IMG/VR virus record: IMGVR_UViG_3300010151_000015
Location: 1-56,285 of that record
DNA length: 56,285 nucleotides
Source of the DNA: a virus
Taxonomy: Duplodnaviria; Caudoviricetes
Reading direction: 5' to 3' (one strand)
Position 1 is the first letter of the stretch, and every line of letters starts with the position of its first letter. The notes beneath the pieces are model-generated. The model saw only the letters and a program-made list of their open reading frames with translations, had not been told where the DNA came from and did not search any database. Shown here one piece after another: positions 52,908-56,285 of the stretch. Both the position numbers and the translations under genes were made by a program.

Positions 52908-55731
52908 CTTTGCCTGGGGGAGGAGTGCCCATCATGCCAGCGGCCACCCACGCATCCTGCGCGGCCCTCCAGTCTGTCGCTCCATAATACTTGGTCGGGG
53001 CGGTAGAGCCATCACCGGCTACCACCGGGTCAGCCCGTTCAGGGCCTTCAAGAACCACCGGGTCAGCCCGTTCAGGGTCTTCAAGAACGCTTCCATCTTC
53101 GTTAAGCGCAACAGCATCGCTAGTTTGCGCTCCCGATATCACGCCCGAAGAATAGTCGTAGGTTGAAGGATCTCCATGCGGCCATGTCTTCGTCATCAGA
53201 CCTTTGATTATGTCCTTTTCATCCTGCGTCAATCGAGGATCGTCAACGCCCATTTGCAGGACATCATAGATCATCTTCTGTAGATGCGGCTCGTATCCTC
53301 TCCAAAGACCGCTAGTGCCAGAAGCTCCTTCTCGTTGCTGGTACTTGATCCACTCATCGATGGTGACTTTCCTGTTGCCGTCATCGTCAAGTGTCGCACC
53401 GAGGCTAGCAGGCTCTCCTTGATATGCCTTGCCAGAGATTGGGTTATATCCTAATCCGCCTTCAGCTAGATCACCGTACTGCTCTGGACCGGCGTAATAC
53501 TCATGTATCGAAGGATCTCCTTGCGGCCATGTCTCTTTTATCTTGGCCTCAATGTTATCCTGCTGCTCTTCGGTCAGGCGAGGGTCTTTCGTCCCCATCG
53601 TCAGGACATCGAAGATCTGCTTCTGAGTGGCTGCCGATCCAGATCGCCATACGCCTCTCAGCCCAGCCGCACCCTCTCTTTGCTGGAACTTATACCACTC
53701 ATCGACGGTTACCTCTTTGTTCCCGTCAGCGTCAAGGGTCACCCCGAGATTGGCAGGCTGGCCAGAGTAGGCCTCTCCGGAGATTGGGTTGTAGCCTATG
53801 CCTCCTGTCGGGTCACCGTACTTCTCTGGGCCGGTGTACTCACCTCCGCTATCGCTTCCGAGGTATTCCGCTACTTCAGCCTTCAGGTCTGGATCATGGT
53901 CAAACTCCCCGTCATCCAAAGCCGTCTGCAAGGTATCCTTATGCCCTTCTGGCTGATTAGTGGTTAGATCAGAGAACCACTCGTCAGCAGCTTTGCCGTC
54001 TATAGTTCCGTCTCCGTAAGAACTTCCGTCCCCTCCCGTTACCTTCTCCCAGCCTTCTGGCGCAGTCCATCCTCCGGTAGAAGAAGACCATGTTTCCCCT
54101 GTCTCAGTGTTTCTGAACGTCTCCACCATTGTTGTGGCCGCGTCTCCATCAGGGCTGGCGAACCCAGGAGGAGCGTTGTCATTGCCATTTTGGCCATTCC
54201 ATGTCCCGCCAGCGCCACTGTCAGCGGGAGACTTGGTATAATCATTAACATTCCACGGGTCACCCAAGTTGTTTTCCGCAAAATATGCGTCCACAGCGGC
54301 CTTATCAGGGAAGTCACCAACCCCTTCTATCTTGTATCTGCCGTCTTCGTAGCGGGATATATCGCTACTCCAGTTCGACTGGCGATGCATCTGCACTTCA
54401 CCGTCAGCAGGGGCACTTCCATCCGGATTCAGCCCCAGGTAAGCTCGGACCTGTTCTCGGAGGTTCTTGTCTGCAGCGAAGAGATCGTTGAGAGAACCCT
54501 TCTCATAAGCATTCCGGACCATTTCCATGTCATCGCCTATAGTCAGCTGGTAGTTAAGCCACTCTATCGGCTCGACAAATCCATTATTATTGCCGCGAAG
54601 CCCAGCATTGACCCACTCGGTCCTCATCTCCGGAGTAATAGAAACGTCCGTCCCAGGGATAATGCCAATATTAAACTCACCTCTAGCGTCAGGCGGGAAG
54701 ACCACATCGTTTATATCCACGTTGGTCATGGACCCGATCATGGCTAGGCCGGCCTCGACCCCTTCCATCATCTTGTCGATCACTACCTGCTTGGCCTCTG
54801 GGGTCATGTCACCGTTGTTCCAGACCTCATTCATCTGGGTGGCCATCTGGGAATAGAAGTATGCCGCCGTTCTGCTTGACTCGATCAGCGCATCGTATTC
54901 GTTGTTGATTATGGCCAGCCGCTCCTTACTCGCGTTATTGAGGTTGGTCACATCGATGTTGGTATCGTTCTTCAGGATCTGCAGCTCCAGATCTATATCG
55001 CCCTTCTCGCCCTGGAGGAGCTTCTTCTCAGCATACTCTGCCGTCATGAGGGCCTTATCAGCATCCTTCCGCGCAGAGATCAGCAGCTTCTCGTCTTCCG
55101 TCTTTTCTGCCAGGGTCTTCCTTTCCTGCACACCGCTGGCTCTAATGCCAAGCCGCTCGTTGATTCCCTGAACCCCTAGATTCAATCGCGTCTGAGCGCC
55201 GGTATCAGCGATGGCCTTCCTTTCTTGCAGGCCTCTCTCCCCTACGGTAAGCCTCTCTTCTGTGCCAGTGTCAGCGATGTTTAAACGGGCCTCCTTCCCG
55301 GTCTCTTGGATCTTGGCTATGTCCTGCTCACCCTGGATATTCAACAGGCCAAATTTATTCCGCTCAGCGGCATTGAACTGGCCTTCAGTATTAGCCGCTT
55401 CCTGATTCCTGAACTTGGCCTGCTGCATAGCCGCTGCATCCGGTGTAGCCCACTTCCCAGCCGCATCATAGACCTGTCTCTCGCCCTCACCTTGCGCTAT
55501 TGACGAGTTAACCAACCCTCGGCCTTGCATGCCCTGAGTCGCACGGGTCCGCGCAGACCGCATGGGTGCCGAATTTTTTGCAATAATTCCCTGGACCCTG
55601 CCCTCAACTGTATCTGTCGTGGGATCTAGGGAGACATCCTCATGGGTATAAGTGCTGGCCGTGTTACCAGGGCCTACATTATTCAGAGGATCATCGTCTG
55701 TGGTGGTATCTGTAGCGGTATCAGCCATCAT
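52882..55731 (-). CDS. Putative DNA ejection/pilot protein with 11-residue repeats and a duplicated EF-hand-like module
   Basis: 949 aa; N-terminal RGLVNSSIA motif typical of podovirus internal proteins; IxxxGxxxRxx repeats; about 115-aa internal duplication. Confidence 0.65.
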   Translation of the reverse strand: MMADTATDTTTDDDPLNNVGPGNTASTYTHEDVSLDPTTDTVEGRVQGIIAKNSAPMRSARTRATQGMQGRGLVNSSIAQGEGERQVYDAAGKWATPDAAAMQQAKFRNQEAANTEGQFNAAERNKFGLLNIQGEQDIAKIQETGKEARLNIADTGTEERLTVGERGLQERKAIADTGAQTRLNLGVQGINERLGIRASGVQERKTLAEKTEDEKLLISARKDADKALMTAEYAEKKLLQGEKGDIDLELQILKNDTNIDVTNLNNASKERLAIINNEYDALIESSRTAAYFYSQMATQMNEVWNNGDMTPEAKQVVIDKMMEGVEAGLAMIGSMTNVDINDVVFPPDARGEFNIGIIPGTDVSITPEMRTEWVNAGLRGNNNGFVEPIEWLNYQLTIGDDMEMVRNAYEKGSLNDLFAADKNLREQVRAYLGLNPDGSAPADGEVQMHRQSNWSSDISRYEDGRYKIEGVGDFPDKAAVDAYFAENNLGDPWNVNDYTKSPADSGAGGTWNGQNGNDNAPPGFASPDGDAATTMVETFRNTETGETWSSSTGGWTAPEGWEKVTGGDGSSYGDGTIDGKAADEWFSDLTTNQPEGHKDTLQTALDDGEFDHDPDLKAEVAEYLGSDSGGEYTGPEKYGDPTGGIGYNPISGEAYSGQPANLGVTLDADGNKEVTVDEWYKFQQREGAAGLRGVWRSGSAATQKQIFDVLTMGTKDPRLTEEQQDNIEAKIKETWPQGDPSIHEYYAGPEQYGDLAEGGLGYNPISGKAYQGEPASLGATLDDDGNRKVTIDEWIKYQQREGASGTSGLWRGYEPHLQKMIYDVLQMGVDDPRLTQDEKDIIKGLMTKTWPHGDPSTYDYSSGVISGAQTSDAVALNEDGSVLEDPERADPVVLEGPERADPVVAGDGSTAPTKYYGATDWRAAQDAWVAAGMMGTPPPGKGDPYWDQF
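53021..53088. repeat. 33-bp tandem duplication
   Basis: ACCACCGGGTCAGCCCGTTCAGGGYCTTCAAGA x2, encoding VLE(D/G)PERADPV. Confidence 0.9.
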
Positions 55732-56005
55732 TCTTCCCCACTGTCTTCAGGTCAGGCTCTGGGGTCTCCCCTTTCAGCTCTGCTATCTCTTCCTTCAGTT
55801 CCACGATCCCTTTCTGCAGGGCCTGGATCTCCATACCCGCTGCCGCCAACTGCACAAAGTGAGCCACGGAATCCTCTAGGGCAGCATCCCTCTGCTTCGT
55901 CAGATAACTGATTCTCGATATTAACTCACTGGCCTTGATCTCTGGCATGCTGTCTCCTAGTACTCGTAGTCCATTGCTGGTGAGGAGTATACTCCGATCT
56001 TCCAC
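55721..56005 (-). CDS. Small coiled-coil protein
   Basis: 94 aa in the ORF track; the true start is probably the internal MPEIK with a GGAG RBS. Confidence 0.5.
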   Translation of the reverse strand: MEDRSILLTSNGLRVLGDSMPEIKASELISRISYLTKQRDAALEDSVAHFVQLAAAGMEIQALQKGIVELKEEIAELKGETPEPDLKTVGKNDG

Positions 56006-56050
56006 TTCTCAGTAATCGTCCTGCTTGCCAACTGTCCTAGAACTATTACT

Positions 56051-56285
56051 TTATCCCACATAACAATACCTCACAATACGTTCCATCCAAGGAGCCGGAT
56101 TGTCTTCATCCCCAAACACCTTGAAGCTGTGTCCGTGACCGTTCACAACATGCAGCTCTCCGCCATGTTTTTGATGCATCTTGGATGACTGTGACAGCTG
56201 TACGTGTTCATCTTCTGCCCCGTGGAACAACAAAAAGGATTCTGGGAATGATCTGTACATGGGGGAGCCGCCTTGCAGTTTGTCA
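56051..56285 (-). CDS. Alpha/beta-hydrolase (esterase/peptidase) C-terminal fragment, runs off the right edge
   Basis: Frame is open to the window end; SP...FLLFHGAEDEHVQLSQS...GHGHSF carries the catalytic Asp and His motifs. Confidence 0.7.
   Translation of the reverse strand, partial: DKLQGGSPMYRSFPESFLLFHGAEDEHVQLSQSSKMHQKHGGELHVVNGHGHSFKVFGDEDNPAPWMERIVRYCYVG

Noticed and set aside
1-56285. Diversity-generating retroelement, group I/II intron or retron linked to the ribozymes; alternative genetic code
   Set aside because: No reverse transcriptase motif, no template/variable repeat pair and no split genes were seen. Long ORFs are intact in the standard code and use all three stop codons.

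Overview
The window is most of the genome of a tailed dsDNA bacteriophage with podovirus-type architecture. There is no tail tube or tape-measure gene, no DNA or RNA polymerase, and no integrase or CI-like repressor in the window. Left arm (- strand): tail fibre (truncated at the edge), tail tubular/adaptor proteins, decoration proteins, N4-gp56-type major capsid, scaffold, portal, TerL, a ParB-methyltransferase fusion, TerS and lysis genes. Middle (+ strand, 19.0-25.8 kb): an early/accessory operon with two PAPS-reductase-fold genes, a MoxR-like AAA+ ATPase, an uncharacterised protein and a metallopeptidase-vWA protein. This is followed by a lambdoid replication/recombination block (NinG, NinB, primase-helicase, initiator, Cro-like, ERF, exonuclease, SSB). 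Right arm (- strand): a 4370-aa polyvalent protein and internal virion proteins. The main discovery is four complete hammerhead ribozymes (three type I, one type III), each at a gene junction of the early operon between a stop codon and the next ribosome-binding site. They would cut the polycistronic mRNA into defined units with 5'-OH and 2',3'-cyclic-phosphate ends. Other notable signals are a near-canonical XerCD dif site plus a parS-like palindrome in a phage with no visible integrase, a permuted Dnd-associated methyltransferase-ParB fusion, a double-family TerS, operator/iteron repeat clusters, and a hairpin that sequesters the capsid-gene RBS. All protein family calls come from motif recognition by eye, not database searches.
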